A DNA stretch of 41,346 nt from Streptosporangiaceae bacterium (GTDB taxonomy: Bacteria; Actinomycetota; Actinomycetes; Streptosporangiales; Streptosporangiaceae): positions 1 to 41,346 of the forward strand of contig DASZAD010000100.1 of assembly GCA_035945415.1 (NCBI GenBank). The letters run 5' to 3'. Positions 17,879-30,029 of the stretch are shown here, in pieces. The stretch's first letter is position 1. Each line of letters opens with the position of its first letter. The notes beneath the pieces are model-generated. The model did no database searches. It was not told the DNA's origin and worked only from the letters and a program-made list of their open reading frames with translations. The translations under genes were made by a program, and so were the position numbers.

Positions 17879-19006
17879 GTGCACCTCGACCGGCTGGCGC
17901 TGACCGACTTCCGCTGCTATGCAACGGCGGAGCTGCGGATGGAGCCAGGCGTGACCGCCTTCACCGGCGCGAACGGCCAGGGCAAGACCAACCTGATCGA
18001 GGCGGTCGGCTACGTGGCCACGCTGGCCAGCCACCGGGTCGCGACCGACGCGCCGCTGGTCCGCAGCGGTGCCGAGCGCGCCATCGTCAGGGCCGGCATC
18101 TCCGCCGCGGACCGGAGCACCCTGGTGGAAATTGAGATCAACCCGGCTCGCCCGAACCGGGCCCGGCTCAACCGCGCCCCGGTGCTGCGCCCCCGGCAGG
18201 TGCTCGGCGCGCTGCGCGCGGTACTGTTCGCTCCCGAGGATCTCGCCCTGGTCAAGGGTGATCCCGGCGAGCGCCGCCGGTACCTGGACGAGCTGCTCAT
18301 CCAGTCGGCGCCGAGATACGCCGGGGTCAAGGCGGACTACGACCGGGTGGTGAAGCAGCGAACCGCGCTGCTGAAGTCGGCCCGCGCCCGGCCGGCGGCC
18401 AGCCAGGCCATGCTGGGGGCGCTGGAGGCCTGGGACGAGCAGCTCGCCCGCACCGGCGCCGGGCTCATGGCCGGCCGGCTGGAGCTCGTCGCCGCGCTGC
18501 GCCCGCTCATGGTCAAGGCGTACGCCGCGGTGTCGGGCGAGGAGTGCGCCGTGGAGGCGGCCTACCGCCCGGCCCTGCCGGACAAGGCGGAGCCGCCCGC
18601 TGACGCCGCTGTGCTCGCCGGCCGGCTGCGCGAGGCGCTGGCCGTGGCCCGGCGCGCCGAGCTGGAGCGCGGCGTCTGCCTGGCCGGCCCACACCGGGAC
18701 GAGCTCGAGCTGAAGGTCGGCGGCCTGCCCGCCCGCGGCTACGCCAGCCACGGGGAGTCGTGGTCGCTGGCGCTCGCCCTCAGGCTGGCCGGCTACGAGC
18801 TGCTACGCGCCGCCGGCGAGGAGCCGGTGCTGCTGCTTGACGATGTGTTCGCCGAGCTGGACGGGCAGCGGCGGGACCGGCTGGCCGACGTGGCCGCCCA
18901 CGCCGAGCAGGTGCTGGTGACCACGGCGGTGCCCGGTGACCTGCCTGCCGTCCTGGCCTCGGCGCGGTTCGATGTGGCCGGGGGGTTGATCACCCGTGCC
19001 GGCTGA
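17879..19006 (+). CDS. recF: DNA replication/repair protein RecF
   Basis: Walker A GANGQGKTN and an SMC-like signature region. The GTG at 17879 gives the canonical N-terminus VHLDRLALTDFRCY; the ORF is open from 17771. Confidence 0.92.
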   Translation: MHLDRLALTDFRCYATAELRMEPGVTAFTGANGQGKTNLIEAVGYVATLASHRVATDAPLVRSGAERAIVRAGISAADRSTLVEIEINPARPNRARLNRAPVLRPRQVLGALRAVLFAPEDLALVKGDPGERRRYLDELLIQSAPRYAGVKADYDRVVKQRTALLKSARARPAASQAMLGALEAWDEQLARTGAGLMAGRLELVAALRPLMVKAYAAVSGEECAVEAAYRPALPDKAEPPADAAVLAGRLREALAVARRAELERGVCLAGPHRDELELKVGGLPARGYASHGESWSLALALRLAGYELLRAAGEEPVLLLDDVFAELDGQRRDRLADVAAHAEQVLVTTAVPGDLPAVLASARFDVAGGLITRAG

Positions 19007-19589
19007 CGACACCGAGCGCCGGATCCGCCGCGCCCTCGAGGCGCTGGCGCAGGCCCGGGCCGATGCCAGGCAGCGCGATCCCGGCCTGGCGGGCGGGCCG
19101 GCCGCCAGGCGGCACCGGCCGCCCCGGTCACCCGTGCTCGCCCGGGAGGGCGGTCCCGCAGAACCCCCGGAAGAAGACATTCAGAAAATACGAGGGGGCG
19201 TTGCCGCGGCTACCCGCGGTGGCCGCTCCTCGGGGGAGGATCCCCAGCTACTCGGCGCAGCCATCCGCGGGCTGCTCGCCGACCAGGGCTGGCAGGAGCA
19301 AGCGGTAGCGGGCTCGATGTTCGGCCGCTGGGAACAGATTGTCGGCCCGGAGATCGCCGCGCACGCCCGCCCCGACAGCTTCGCCGACGGGGAGCTGGTG
19401 GTGGTGGCCAGTTCGAGTCCGTGGGCCGCCCAGCTCCGCCAGCTCGCCCCCAACCTGGTCCAGAGACTGAACGCCGAACTCGGCCACGGCGCGGTGACGC
19501 GGGTGAAGGTCCGCGGGCCGGCCGGACCCCGCCAGCCGGGTCCCTGGCGGGCACGTGGCGGGCGCGGCCCGCGCGACACCTACGGCTGA
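18996..19589 (+). CDS. DUF721 domain protein (DciA-type helicase-operator family)
   Basis: Conserved position between recF and gyrB. The DUF721-like core is WEQIVGPEIAAHARPDSFADGELVVVASSSPWAAQLRQL. The start overlaps the recF end by 11 nt. Confidence 0.8.
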   Translation: MPADDTERRIRRALEALAQARADARQRDPGLAGGPAARRHRPPRSPVLAREGGPAEPPEEDIQKIRGGVAAATRGGRSSGEDPQLLGAAIRGLLADQGWQEQAVAGSMFGRWEQIVGPEIAAHARPDSFADGELVVVASSSPWAAQLRQLAPNLVQRLNAELGHGAVTRVKVRGPAGPRQPGPWRARGGRGPRDTYG

Positions 19590-19626
19590 ACCCGCCCTAT
19601 TCAGGCCGTACTCGCAGGTAAAATAG

Positions 19627-21639
<2,013 letters not shown>

Positions 21640-21673
21640 GCGCCGCTTTCCCAGATTACTGAAAGGCCAGGAA

Positions 21674-24217
21674 GTGACTGAGCTGGACACGGGCGCGCCA
21701 GCAGGCGAGGACCGCACCGAGCCCGTAGACATCCAGGTCGAGATGCAGCGCAGCTATATCGACTACGCGATGTCGGTGATCGTCGGGCGCGCGCTGCCCG
21801 ACGTGCGGGACGGCCTCAAGCCGGTGCACGTCCGCATCCTGTACGCGATGTTCGACGGCGGCTACCGGCCGGACCGGGCCTTCTTCAAGTGCGCCCGGGT
21901 GGTCGGCGACGTCATGGGCCAGTATCACCCGCACGGCGACAGCGCGATCTACGACGCGCTGGTCCGGCTGGCCCAGCCGTGGTCGATGCGCTACCCGCTG
22001 ATCGACAGCCAGGGCAACTTCGGCTCGCCCGGCAACGACCCGCCGGCGGCCATGCGCTACACCGAGTGCAGGCTGGCCCCGCTGGCCATGGAGATGCTGC
22101 GGGACATCGACACCAAGGCGGTCGTCGACTTCCGCGACAACTATGACGGGCGCTCCTCCGAGCCCCAGGTCCTGCCGAGCCGCTTCCCCAACCTGCTGGT
22201 CAACGGCTCCGAGGGGATCGCGGTCGGCATGGCCACCAAGATCCCGCCGCACAACCTGCGTGAGATCGCCGCCGGGGCCCACTGGTACCTGGAGCACTTC
22301 GACGCCACCGACGACGAGTTGCTTGACGCGCTGATGGAGCGGATCAAGGGACCCGACTTCCCGACCGCCGCCCAGATCGTCGGCCGCCGCGGCATCAGAG
22401 ACGCCTACCGGACCGGCCGCGGCTCGATCACCATGCGCGCCGTGGTCGAGGTCGAAGAGGACATCAAGGGCCGCACCTGCCTGGTCGCCACCGAGCTGCC
22501 CTATCAGGTCAACCCGGACAACCTGGCGCTGAAGATCGCCGAGCTGGTGAAGGACGGCCGGGTCAGCGGCATCGCCGACGTGCGCGACGAGTCCAGCAAC
22601 CGGGCCGGGCAGCGGCTGGTCATCGTGCTCAAGCGGGACGCGGTGGCCAAGGTCGTGCTGAACAACCTGTACAAGCACACCCAGCTCCAGGACACGTTCG
22701 GCGCGAACATACTCGCCCTGGTGGATGAGGTGCCGCGCACCCTGCGCCTGGATCAGATGATCAGGTACTGGGTCGCCCACCAGATCGACGTGATCGTCCG
22801 GCGCACCCGCTACCTGCTCGGCAAGGCACAGGAGCGGGCGCACATCCTGCGCGGGCTGCTGAAGGCCATCGAGGCGATCGACGAGGTGATCGCGCTGATC
22901 CGGGCCAGCGCCTCGGCCGCCGAGGCGCAGCAGGGCCTGATGGAACTGCTCGACATCGATGAGATCCAGGCGCGCGCCATCCTCGACATGCAGCTCCGCA
23001 AGCTCGCCGCGCTGGAGCGCCAGCAGCTCGTCGACGAGTATGGCGAGCTGACCGCCAAGATCGCCGACTACGAGGACATCCTGGCCCGGCCGGAGCGGCA
23101 GCGGGAGATCATCGGCACCGAGCTCGGCGAGATCGTGGCCAAGTACGGCGACGAGCGGCGCACGGTGATCATCGCCGACGAAGGCGACATGTCGGACGAA
23201 GACCTGATCGCCGAAGAAGACGTGGTCGTCACGATCACCCGCGGCGGTTACGCCAAGCGGACCAGGACCGACCTGTACCGGGCGCAGCGGCGCGGCGGCA
23301 AGGGCGTGCGCGGCGCGCAGCTTCGCACCGACGACATCGTCGAACACTTCTTCGTCACCACGACCCATCACTGGATCCTGTTCTTCACCAACAAGGGCCG
23401 GGTCTACCGGGCGAAGGCTTACGAGTTGCCGGACGCGGGCCGGGACGCCCGCGGCCAGCACGTGGCCAACCTGCTCGCCTTCCAGCCCGACGAGGAGATC
23501 GCCGAGGTGCTGGCGCTGCGCGACTACCAGGTCGCTCCGTACCTGGTGCTCGCCACTAAGAGCGGCCTGGTCAAGAAGTCCCGGCTGAGCGACTTCGAGA
23601 GCGTGCGCTCCGGCGGCATCATCGCGATCAGCCTGCGCGAGGACGACGAGGTGATCGCCGCCCGGCTGGTCTCGCCCGAGGAAGATTTGCTTCTCTTGAG
23701 CAGGAAGGCCCAGGCGATCAGGTTCCGGGCCAGCGATGAATCGCTGCGCCCGATGGGCCGGGTGACCTCCGGCGTGATCGGGATGCGGTTCGTCGACGGC
23801 GATGAGCTACTGGACATGCACGTGGTGCGAGAAGGCGAAGATGTTCTGGTGGCAACTGGTGGTGGTTTTGCCAAGCGCACCCCGGCGGACCAGTATCCGC
23901 TACAGAATCGGGGGGGCAGGGGCGTTCTCACCGCGCGGATCGTGGACTCGCGGGGCGAGCTCGTCGGTGCGCTGATGACCCGGCCTGACGATGAGGTGTT
24001 CGCGATCACGTCGGCGGGCGGGGTTATCCGGACAAGGGCTGGGGAGGTAAAGCTCTCAGGCCGGCAGACCATGGGAGTCAGGCTGATGAACCTCGAACCT
24101 GGCGACAGCGTGGTCGCGATCGCGCGCAACGCGGAATCCCTGGATACGGGATCGGACGAGGCGGACGAGGAGTCCGCGATCGAGGGCAACGATATGTCCG
24201 GTAGGACCGTCTCATGA
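21674..24217 (+). CDS. gyrA: DNA gyrase subunit A
   Basis: 847 aa. A YHPHGD-type motif ([13 protein letters not shown]), the active-site AAMRYTE, and C-terminal beta-pinwheel repeats. Confidence 0.97.
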   Translation: MTELDTGAPAGEDRTEPVDIQVEMQRSYIDYAMSVIVGRALPDVRDGLKPVHVRILYAMFDGGYRPDRAFFKCARVVGDVMGQYHPHGDSAIYDALVRLAQPWSMRYPLIDSQGNFGSPGNDPPAAMRYTECRLAPLAMEMLRDIDTKAVVDFRDNYDGRSSEPQVLPSRFPNLLVNGSEGIAVGMATKIPPHNLREIAAGAHWYLEHFDATDDELLDALMERIKGPDFPTAAQIVGRRGIRDAYRTGRGSITMRAVVEVEEDIKGRTCLVATELPYQVNPDNLALKIAELVKDGRVSGIADVRDESSNRAGQRLVIVLKRDAVAKVVLNNLYKHTQLQDTFGANILALVDEVPRTLRLDQMIRYWVAHQIDVIVRRTRYLLGKAQERAHILRGLLKAIEAIDEVIALIRASASAAEAQQGLMELLDIDEIQARAILDMQLRKLAALERQQLVDEYGELTAKIADYEDILARPERQREIIGTELGEIVAKYGDERRTVIIADEGDMSDEDLIAEEDVVVTITRGGYAKRTRTDLYRAQRRGGKGVRGAQLRTDDIVEHFFVTTTHHWILFFTNKGRVYRAKAYELPDAGRDARGQHVANLLAFQPDEEIAEVLALRDYQVAPYLVLATKSGLVKKSRLSDFESVRSGGIIAISLREDDEVIAARLVSPEEDLLLLSRKAQAIRFRASDESLRPMGRVTSGVIGMRFVDGDELLDMHVVREGEDVLVATGGGFAKRTPADQYPLQNRGGRGVLTARIVDSRGELVGALMTRPDDEVFAITSAGGVIRTRAGEVKLSGRQTMGVRLMNLEPGDSVVAIARNAESLDTGSDEADEESAIEGNDMSGRTVS

Positions 24218-25440
24218 GCAGGCGAGACAGTGGCAGCGACACCTGGCCGCGTTTCACGGCGTTTCGTCACGATAACCTCGACCTAGGAAACGCTCAGGAG
24301 GAGGCTGACGTGGACCACCGTGCTGAGCCGCCGTCCTGGCGGTCTGGGGCGGCCCCAGCCTCGGCTCAGGGCAGTCAGGTCGCCTCCGGCGTCGGCCCGC
24401 CCTCCGAGGACCAGGGCGAGGACGGCCAGGGCCAGGCGCACGATGACGGTGACCAGGGATACGCGCGGGACAGCACCGGGGGCTACGCGGGCAGCGATCA
24501 GTCGCCTGGTTTCAGTGACGCTGGTCAGGGTGCGCCGCCACCCAGCTTCAGCGACTCTCCCAGCGAGTTCGGGAGCCCCTTTGCCTCGGCCTACGGCGGA
24601 TCCGCCGCGCAGGACGGCCATCATGCCGGGATGCCGGACACATCAGAGGTCCATCAGGGTGGCGCTTCCGGGCAGTACGGGGCCGCCCCGGGATTCGGCG
24701 ATGTCCCGGGGGGCTACTACGGCGAGGCTCTTGCGGCACCGGGGCCCGATTCCTACGGCGGATCAGCCCCGTCCTTCAGTGGCCAGGCTCCGGCCGATCC
24801 TGGCTTCGGCGCCTACCCGGCCGGGACGCACGACTACTCCGGCGGTACCTCGACCTCCTTCGATGACGGCCAGATCGGCGGCCCGTACGGCAACAGCACG
24901 GCGTACGGAGGCGACCCCTCGGCCAGGATGGCCGCGGCCGAGCCGGGGCTGTCCTACTCCCAGCCCTACTCCGCCCGGCCGGTCCAGGCGGCCCGGGCCA
25001 AGATGACCGCCTCGCTGAAGGCGGCCAAGCGGCCTAAGGCCCCCAAGCGCTCCGCTCGCTCCACGCGGCCGGGCCGCCAGGCGCAGCTCACCGTGGCCAG
25101 GGTCGAGCCCTGGTCGGTGATGAAGTTCAGCTTCGTCATCTCGCTAGTGGCCTTCATCGTCCTGTTCGTCGCCGTTGCCGTGCTGTACGGCGTGCTGTCC
25201 GGTCTCGGCGTGTTCGACGCCCTGCAGCGGACCGTCTCCAGCATCACGTCAAGCCAGAGTTCGTCGGGCTTCAACATCCAGAGCTGGCTGTCGGCCTCCC
25301 GGGTGCTCGGCTATACGGGCCTGCTCGGCGCGATCAACGTGGTGCTGATCACCGCGCTGTCCACGGTCGGCTCCGTGCTCTACAACATCACTGCGGATCT
25401 GGCCGGCGGCGTGGAGGTTACGCTGAAGGAGACGGAGTAA
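24214..25440 (+). CDS. DUF3566 domain membrane protein with a long low-complexity N-terminal region
   Basis: The C-terminal roughly 120 aa ([20 protein letters not shown]...VEVTLKE) match the conserved actinobacterial protein found downstream of gyrA. The ATG overlaps the gyrA TGA (ATGA). Confidence 0.8.
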   Translation: MSRRDSGSDTWPRFTAFRHDNLDLGNAQEEADVDHRAEPPSWRSGAAPASAQGSQVASGVGPPSEDQGEDGQGQAHDDGDQGYARDSTGGYAGSDQSPGFSDAGQGAPPPSFSDSPSEFGSPFASAYGGSAAQDGHHAGMPDTSEVHQGGASGQYGAAPGFGDVPGGYYGEALAAPGPDSYGGSAPSFSGQAPADPGFGAYPAGTHDYSGGTSTSFDDGQIGGPYGNSTAYGGDPSARMAAAEPGLSYSQPYSARPVQAARAKMTASLKAAKRPKAPKRSARSTRPGRQAQLTVARVEPWSVMKFSFVISLVAFIVLFVAVAVLYGVLSGLGVFDALQRTVSSITSSQSSSGFNIQSWLSASRVLGYTGLLGAINVVLITALSTVGSVLYNITADLAGGVEVTLKETE

Positions 25441-25511
25441 CCCGGATCCGATCTGCCCGCCGATACGGTAATGTTTCCCGGCGCCCCGCGTTTCCCGGCG
25501 CGGCGTCGCAC

Positions 25512-25589
25512 GGGCCTGTAGCTCAGCTCGGTTAGAGCGCTTCCCTGATAAGGAAGAGGTCCCTGGTTCAAGTCCAGGCAGGCCCACCA
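25512..25589 (+). tRNA. tRNA-Ile (anticodon GAT), CCA encoded
   Basis: Manual cloverleaf: acceptor GGGCCTG/CAGGCCC, D stem GCTC/GAGC, anticodon stem CTTCC/GGAAG with loop CTGATAA, T arm CCTGG-TTCAAGT-CCAGG. Confidence 0.93.
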
Positions 25590-25820
25590 GACAAAGAACC
25601 TATTCCTGCTCTGGCGTCATCTTCGGCACTGATGATCAACTCCCTGGCGGGCTGCGGGATTTCCTGTAGGACGCCAGGCTGGTGCTGGTGGTTGACCGGG
25701 CCTCGGCGGCTGGCCTCATTCTGGCCACACAACACCGCAAAAGAGTGGCCGACGACGCAAGACAATGAGCGAAATTCTCCTGCGTACGCCCGCGCGAGCC
25801 CGGAGCGTGAGACTGATGTC

Positions 25821-26375
25821 GTGCTGAAGCTGCTGGCCTTCGTGCTCCCGCTGGGCCTGGACTCGTTCGCCGTCGCCGCTGCCATCGGTGCCGTCCAGAC
25901 GACTACCGCAGGGCAGCGGCTGCGCATCTCGTTGGTGTTCGTAATCTTCGAGGGCGGAATGCCGCTCATCGGGCTGGCCCTGGGCAGCGCGCTGGCCCAC
26001 GGGATCGGGCAGGTGGCCGGCTACCTGGCCGCCGCCGCGGTGACCGGCGTTGGTGCCTGGATGCTGCTGGCCGGTGACCAGGACGAGGAGGAGAAGGCTG
26101 GCCGGCTGGCCAGCAGCGGGGGGCTGGCGCTGGTCGCGCTGGGGGTCAGCATCAGCCTGGACGAGCTGGCCATCGGATTCAGCATCGGCCTGACCCGCCT
26201 GCCCACCGCCGCGGTGATCGTGGCCATCGCGCTGCAGGCCCTGCTGGCCGCACAGCTCGGCCTGGCGGTCGGCGCCAAGATAGGCGAGCGCTGGCGTGAA
26301 CGTATCGAGCAGGTTGCTGGGATCGCCCTGATCCTGCTCGGCGTCTACCTGTTCACCGAGCAACTCGTCCGGTGA
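25821..26375 (+). CDS. mntP: manganese efflux pump MntP family (DUF204) membrane protein
   Basis: 184 aa with six hydrophobic segments. Duplicated LGLDSFAV / SISLDELAIGFS motifs. GTG start at 25821; the ORF is open from 25632. Confidence 0.7.
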   Translation: MLKLLAFVLPLGLDSFAVAAAIGAVQTTTAGQRLRISLVFVIFEGGMPLIGLALGSALAHGIGQVAGYLAAAAVTGVGAWMLLAGDQDEEEKAGRLASSGGLALVALGVSISLDELAIGFSIGLTRLPTAAVIVAIALQALLAAQLGLAVGAKIGERWRERIEQVAGIALILLGVYLFTEQLVR

Positions 26376-26473
26376 ACTGTTCACGCCATGACGCCAGCGT
26401 CTCGCGTGAACCGGGGACGGGCCGCGGACGTGCTACGGGTGCTGGAAACCTTCGACAGACGGGTGGTGTAGCG

Positions 26474-26941
26474 ATGAGATTCACTCTTCGGCGGGCAGGC
26501 GGGATGTCCTGGACCGCCCGAGCGGTCGTGGCAGCACTGTTGGTCGGCGGCTCCACCGCGGCGGCGGGCATCACCGCCGCGGCTCAGGCCCAGATCCGGC
26601 CGGCCAGCTCGGGCTCGTCCGCGGTGGTGGTCCAGGCGGCGTTCCGCCCGGGATTCGGGAAGATCCTGGTCACGGTCAACGGCGGCCATTCACTGTATGA
26701 GCACCCGACCGGGAGCTGCACCGGCAGCTGTCTGAACATCTGGCCCCCACTGCTCATGCCCGCCGGCACGACCATCCCGAAGGGGGCGGCCTGCCTGGCG
26801 ACCGTCCCACTCGGCACTCACCTCCAGGTCACTTATCACGGCCAGCGGCTGTACACGTTCACTGGCGACAGTGGACACAGTGTGAACGGCAACGGGGTGG
26901 CAGGGTTCAAGGTGGCCAAGGTGACCACAGCCTGCCCGTGA
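26474..26941 (+). CDS. secreted protein of the COG4315 / Lipoprotein_15 repeat family
   Basis: Signal peptide (MRFTLRRAGGMSWTARAVVAALLVGGSTAAAG). Motifs C..C...WPP and TYHGQRLYTFTGD are typical of the family. Confidence 0.7.
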   Translation: MRFTLRRAGGMSWTARAVVAALLVGGSTAAAGITAAAQAQIRPASSGSSAVVVQAAFRPGFGKILVTVNGGHSLYEHPTGSCTGSCLNIWPPLLMPAGTTIPKGAACLATVPLGTHLQVTYHGQRLYTFTGDSGHSVNGNGVAGFKVAKVTTACP

Positions 26942-27023
26942 GGGCTGGCTGACCCGGACCCGAGGCGGGGATGGCCGCGCAGGCCGTCCGCCGCCAGGCC
27001 TGGTCATCTGGCGGGGCCTCCGA

Positions 27024-27413
27024 TCAGGGGAAGCGGCCCGCAAGGACGCAGAATTCGTTCCCCTCTGGGTCGGCGAGTACGACCCAGCTCTCATCGCCTG
27101 TCTGGCCGACGTCGGCGTGCCGGGCACCTAGGTCGAGCAGGCGACGGACCTCTTCGTCCTGCTCCCTGTCGGTTGGGTTGACGTCGAGGTGGAGCCGGTT
27201 CTTGACGGTCTTGCCTTCGGGCACGTGCACGAAGGTCAACGTTGGTGGCACTGGGCCAGGACGGTTCTTGCCTTCAGGAACCATGGGCGAGCCAATGGTG
27301 ACAATTCCGTCGTCCTCGTCTTGCACCTCGTAGTCAAGGACCGAGCACCAGAACCGGGCGAGACCATTGGGATCGGCACAGTCAACCGCAACCTCGGTGA
27401 GCTTACTGGTCAT
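27024..27413 (-). CDS. VOC (glyoxalase-like) family protein
   Basis: 129 aa. RFWCSVLDYEV...LHLDV...DPEGNEFCV pattern. Confidence 0.75.
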   Translation of the reverse strand: MTSKLTEVAVDCADPNGLARFWCSVLDYEVQDEDDGIVTIGSPMVPEGKNRPGPVPPTLTFVHVPEGKTVKNRLHLDVNPTDREQDEEVRRLLDLGARHADVGQTGDESWVVLADPEGNEFCVLAGRFP

Positions 27414-27691
27414 GTCGGGACCTCCCAGTCAAGTAGCGGCTCGCCAGAGGCCACACGCTAACCCAGTTGCGCCCTCCGTGTGGTTGATGAGCTTGCGGAT
27501 CGACCATCGGGTTCGCAGGCTTTGCTTGGGGCCGTGCCGTGGCCGAGGCCATCGCCGGCGTCCAGGGGCTGGCCGTGGTGGGCGGGCGGCGACTCGGCAG
27601 CGGCCGTCAGGTCGCCGGGCCTGCCCGAGAACGTGCCCAGTCGCGCGTAACGCGTCCTTGGGTGCTGGCGGATGCAAGCGGATGGAGTGTC

Positions 27692-28207
27692 ATGATCCTG
27701 CCGAAGGTCCGGGACCCCCACTTGGTGACGATCCGCCGCGGCGGGACCCTCACCGATCCGGATCACCACCTCCTCGCTCTGTGGGCGGCATCGTGCGCGG
27801 AGCACGTTCTTGACCTCTTCGAGTCAGCTCAACCCAGGGACTGGCGGCCGCGTCAGGCGATCGAGCATGCCCGCGCCTGGGTGCGGGGCGAGGTCACGAT
27901 GACCCAGGCTCGCGCGGCGGGCGGCCATGCCATGGCCGCGGCCAGGGATCTGCGGGGGGCGGCCAGGCACGCCGCGTACGCGGCTGGCCAGGCCGGGGGG
28001 GTGGCACACGTCGCCGCGCACGAGCTCGGCGCGGCCGCCTATGCGATCAAGGCCGTACGTGCTGCCGCGCCGGACGGCGAGGGCGAGGCCGCCGGGCGGC
28101 TGGAGTGCCAGTGGCAGCGTGACCAGCTTCCGGAGGCGATTCGCGACCTCGTCCTTGACGACCAGCGGTTGCGGAACGACATCTGCTGGTCGGTGTTTGA
28201 CTGCTGA
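27692..28207 (+). CDS. conserved all-alpha hypothetical protein (resembles the putative Imm-5-like immunity family, often mislabelled exonuclease SbcC)
   Basis: 171 aa starting from ATG 27692. VRDPHLVTIRRGGTLTD...LALWAASCAEHVL...HELGAAAYAIKA pattern, recalled from actinobacterial homologues. The family assignment is from memory only. Confidence 0.55.
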   Translation: MILPKVRDPHLVTIRRGGTLTDPDHHLLALWAASCAEHVLDLFESAQPRDWRPRQAIEHARAWVRGEVTMTQARAAGGHAMAAARDLRGAARHAAYAAGQAGGVAHVAAHELGAAAYAIKAVRAAAPDGEGEAAGRLECQWQRDQLPEAIRDLVLDDQRLRNDICWSVFDC

Positions 28208-28310
28208 CGGCGCGCCGGAGGGCGCGCATCGCGGTCTGCCGGTTACGCGAACGGCCAGACGCGATCCATACTGAGGTCACAGCACGATCGCGCGAACCCC
28301 AGGAGACGCG

Positions 28311-28535
28311 ATGTCCACCCCCACCCCCAATCCCCAATACGCGATGATCGCCGGGACCGAAGGCATGCGCAGCGATGATGACGGCCGCACCGGCAGCGGG
28401 GGAGATCATTTCAGCCATGCGGCAGGACGAATTTGCCGGAACTGCGATCGGCGGATCGAGGCACGGCAGCCCGCCCGCCGCAAGGGTGAGGACGGCTGGG
28501 TGCATGACGTATGCCCGCCTGAGATGGACTTTTAA
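28311..28535 (+). CDS. small hypothetical protein with a CxxC...C motif
   Basis: 74 aa. AGGAGA lies 6 nt upstream of the ATG. CRNCDRRI...HDVC suggests a zinc-ribbon-like fold. Confidence 0.5.
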   Translation: MSTPTPNPQYAMIAGTEGMRSDDDGRTGSGGDHFSHAAGRICRNCDRRIEARQPARRKGEDGWVHDVCPPEMDF

Positions 28536-28571
28536 AGGGCTGGCGCACCCCATCAAAGACCACACGGGTCT

Positions 28572-28706
28572 TTAGCGGAGGTGGAGGAGAACCAGGACCT
28601 TCAGCGCGATCATCACCAGTCCCAGCGCCGCCGTCGCCGAGGTGACGACCAGGAGTCGCCGCTCGCGTAGCCGGGCTGCCCGGCAGGCTGACCACGCGTA
28701 GACCAT
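28572..28706 (-). CDS. possible small (44 aa) membrane protein
   Basis: Manual translation: MVYAWSACRAARLRERRLLVVTSATAALGLVMIALKVLVLLHLR followed by a stop. Third-codon positions are G/C-rich. The frame is continuous with the upstream VOC gene apart from its TGA. Too short for the ORF track. Confidence 0.3.
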   Translation of the reverse strand: MVYAWSACRAARLRERRLLVVTSATAALGLVMIALKVLVLLHLR

Positions 28707-28760
28707 CAGCAGGACGACGGCTGTACCGGGCCGGGTGATCGGGTCGTGGACGGCCAGGCG

Positions 28761-29183
28761 TCACGCTCGGCTGCTTTCCGCCCGGCTCCTGACCTCCTGT
28801 ACCAGCCAGCCGTTGCCGTCCGGGTCGCTGAAGGAGAGGAACGAGTTGTAGTCGGCGCGGCCGGGATCCGGCCCAGCGGACTGGACCCCGTCCTCGAAAT
28901 GGAAGATCTCGCTGATCGCCACCCCGCGCCCGGCCAGCTCGTCGCGCGCGGCCTCGATGTCGCTGACCATCAGGTGGAGTCCCTGCACGGACCCGGCCGC
29001 ATCCGGATTCTTCATCAAGGTGACCGAGCAGGCCGAGCCGCGGGGGGTGAGCTGCACGACGCGGAAGTCCGCACCAGCCCGGTGATCCACGTCGAGGTGG
29101 AATCGCATTTTCTCGGTGTAGAAGTCCTTCGCCCGGTCGACGTCGGAGACGGGCAGGATGACAAGTTCGAGCTTCCAGTCCAA
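28761..29183 (-). CDS. VOC family protein (glyoxalase/bleomycin-resistance fold)
   Basis: 140 aa. LPVSDVDRAKDFY...FSDPDGNGWLVQE. Confidence 0.8.
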   Translation of the reverse strand: MDWKLELVILPVSDVDRAKDFYTEKMRFHLDVDHRAGADFRVVQLTPRGSACSVTLMKNPDAAGSVQGLHLMVSDIEAARDELAGRGVAISEIFHFEDGVQSAGPDPGRADYNSFLSFSDPDGNGWLVQEVRSRAESSRA

Positions 29184-29323
29184 GGTGATCGTTCTCCTGT
29201 CAGGTCGGGGATGCGGGACTTCTCATCCCGATGACGAAGCTGGAAGCCGGTTCTCTACGCCGGCCGGGCGCCGTTAATTATCAAAGTTCGTCATCGCCGC
29301 GGTGGCGGGCTCAGCGAGGTCGC

Positions 29324-30001
29324 TCAGCCCGCGTCACCTTTACGCTGCTTGTGCTTGACGTCAAGACCGCCGAAGATCGTCAGTCCGGTCAGGCGCAGCA
29401 CCGGCGCACGCGGGTCAGCGGACTCCGGGCCGCCGGTGCGGACGTCGCGACCGCCGAACAGGGCGATGCCCGAGTCGATGACCCGCATCTCGGGCGGGAC
29501 CACGATCTGCATGCCGCCGAACGCTGACGTGCAGTTCAGGGTGATCTCCTGCTGGGGTAGGTCCGCCTCGCGGAAGTCGATCGTCGCGCCGCCGAAGATC
29601 GTGACCGCGGTCATCTTCGGGTCAGCCTGCCACCGGCCGCGCCGCGAGGCCCCGCCGAAGATCGCGATGATCGGATGCCGGCGCTTGCGTTCCGGCGCCA
29701 GATCCACCTGCCGGGCGGGGGAGACGGCCGCGTTCGTGGCAGGCAGGTCGTCAACGAGCGGGGCGATCTCGGCGTGCGTCTTCGCCTGATAGAGGGCGTC
29801 GAGCCGCTGCCCGTGCTCCGCCACGGAGAGCCGGCCGTCGGCGAGCGCGGCGTTCAGCACCTCAGCGGCCCGCTCGCGCTCGGCGTCGGAGGCCCGCAGC
29901 CGGGAATTCGGGTTGAAAGGTTCCGGGTGCACCTGGCTATTGTCGGCCCTGTCGGGGTGCGCGCGACAGCCGGGGTCGGACACCGGTACGCGGGAGACCA
30001 T
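29324..30001 (-). CDS. DUF1707 domain protein with a LiaF-like C-terminal domain
   Basis: LRASDAERERAAEVLNAALADGRLSVAEHGQRLDALY (DUF1707), then a C-terminal repeat-like FGG segment (TIFGGATIDF, SAFGGMQIVVP, ALFGGRDV). An alternative start is GTG 29932. Confidence 0.75.
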   Translation of the reverse strand: MVSRVPVSDPGCRAHPDRADNSQVHPEPFNPNSRLRASDAERERAAEVLNAALADGRLSVAEHGQRLDALYQAKTHAEIAPLVDDLPATNAAVSPARQVDLAPERKRRHPIIAIFGGASRRGRWQADPKMTAVTIFGGATIDFREADLPQQEITLNCTSAFGGMQIVVPPEMRVIDSGIALFGGRDVRTGGPESADPRAPVLRLTGLTIFGGLDVKHKQRKGDAG

Positions 30002-30029
30002 CAGATGACGGGCAACGGGGAGCGGACGG

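Noticed and set aside
24250-24270. parS-like sequence GTTTCACGGCGTTTCGTCAC at the gyrA/DUF3566 junction
   Set aside because: It contains one GTTTCAC half-site, but the second half is a direct repeat rather than an inverted one. It is not the 14-bp palindrome.
25590-25820. yybP-ykoY manganese riboswitch expected upstream of the mntP-like gene
   Set aside because: Only a short GCAAGACA string recalls the consensus. The paired GGGGAGUAG...GCAAGACC four-way-junction layout is not present as far as I can see. This needs a covariance-model scan to be certain.
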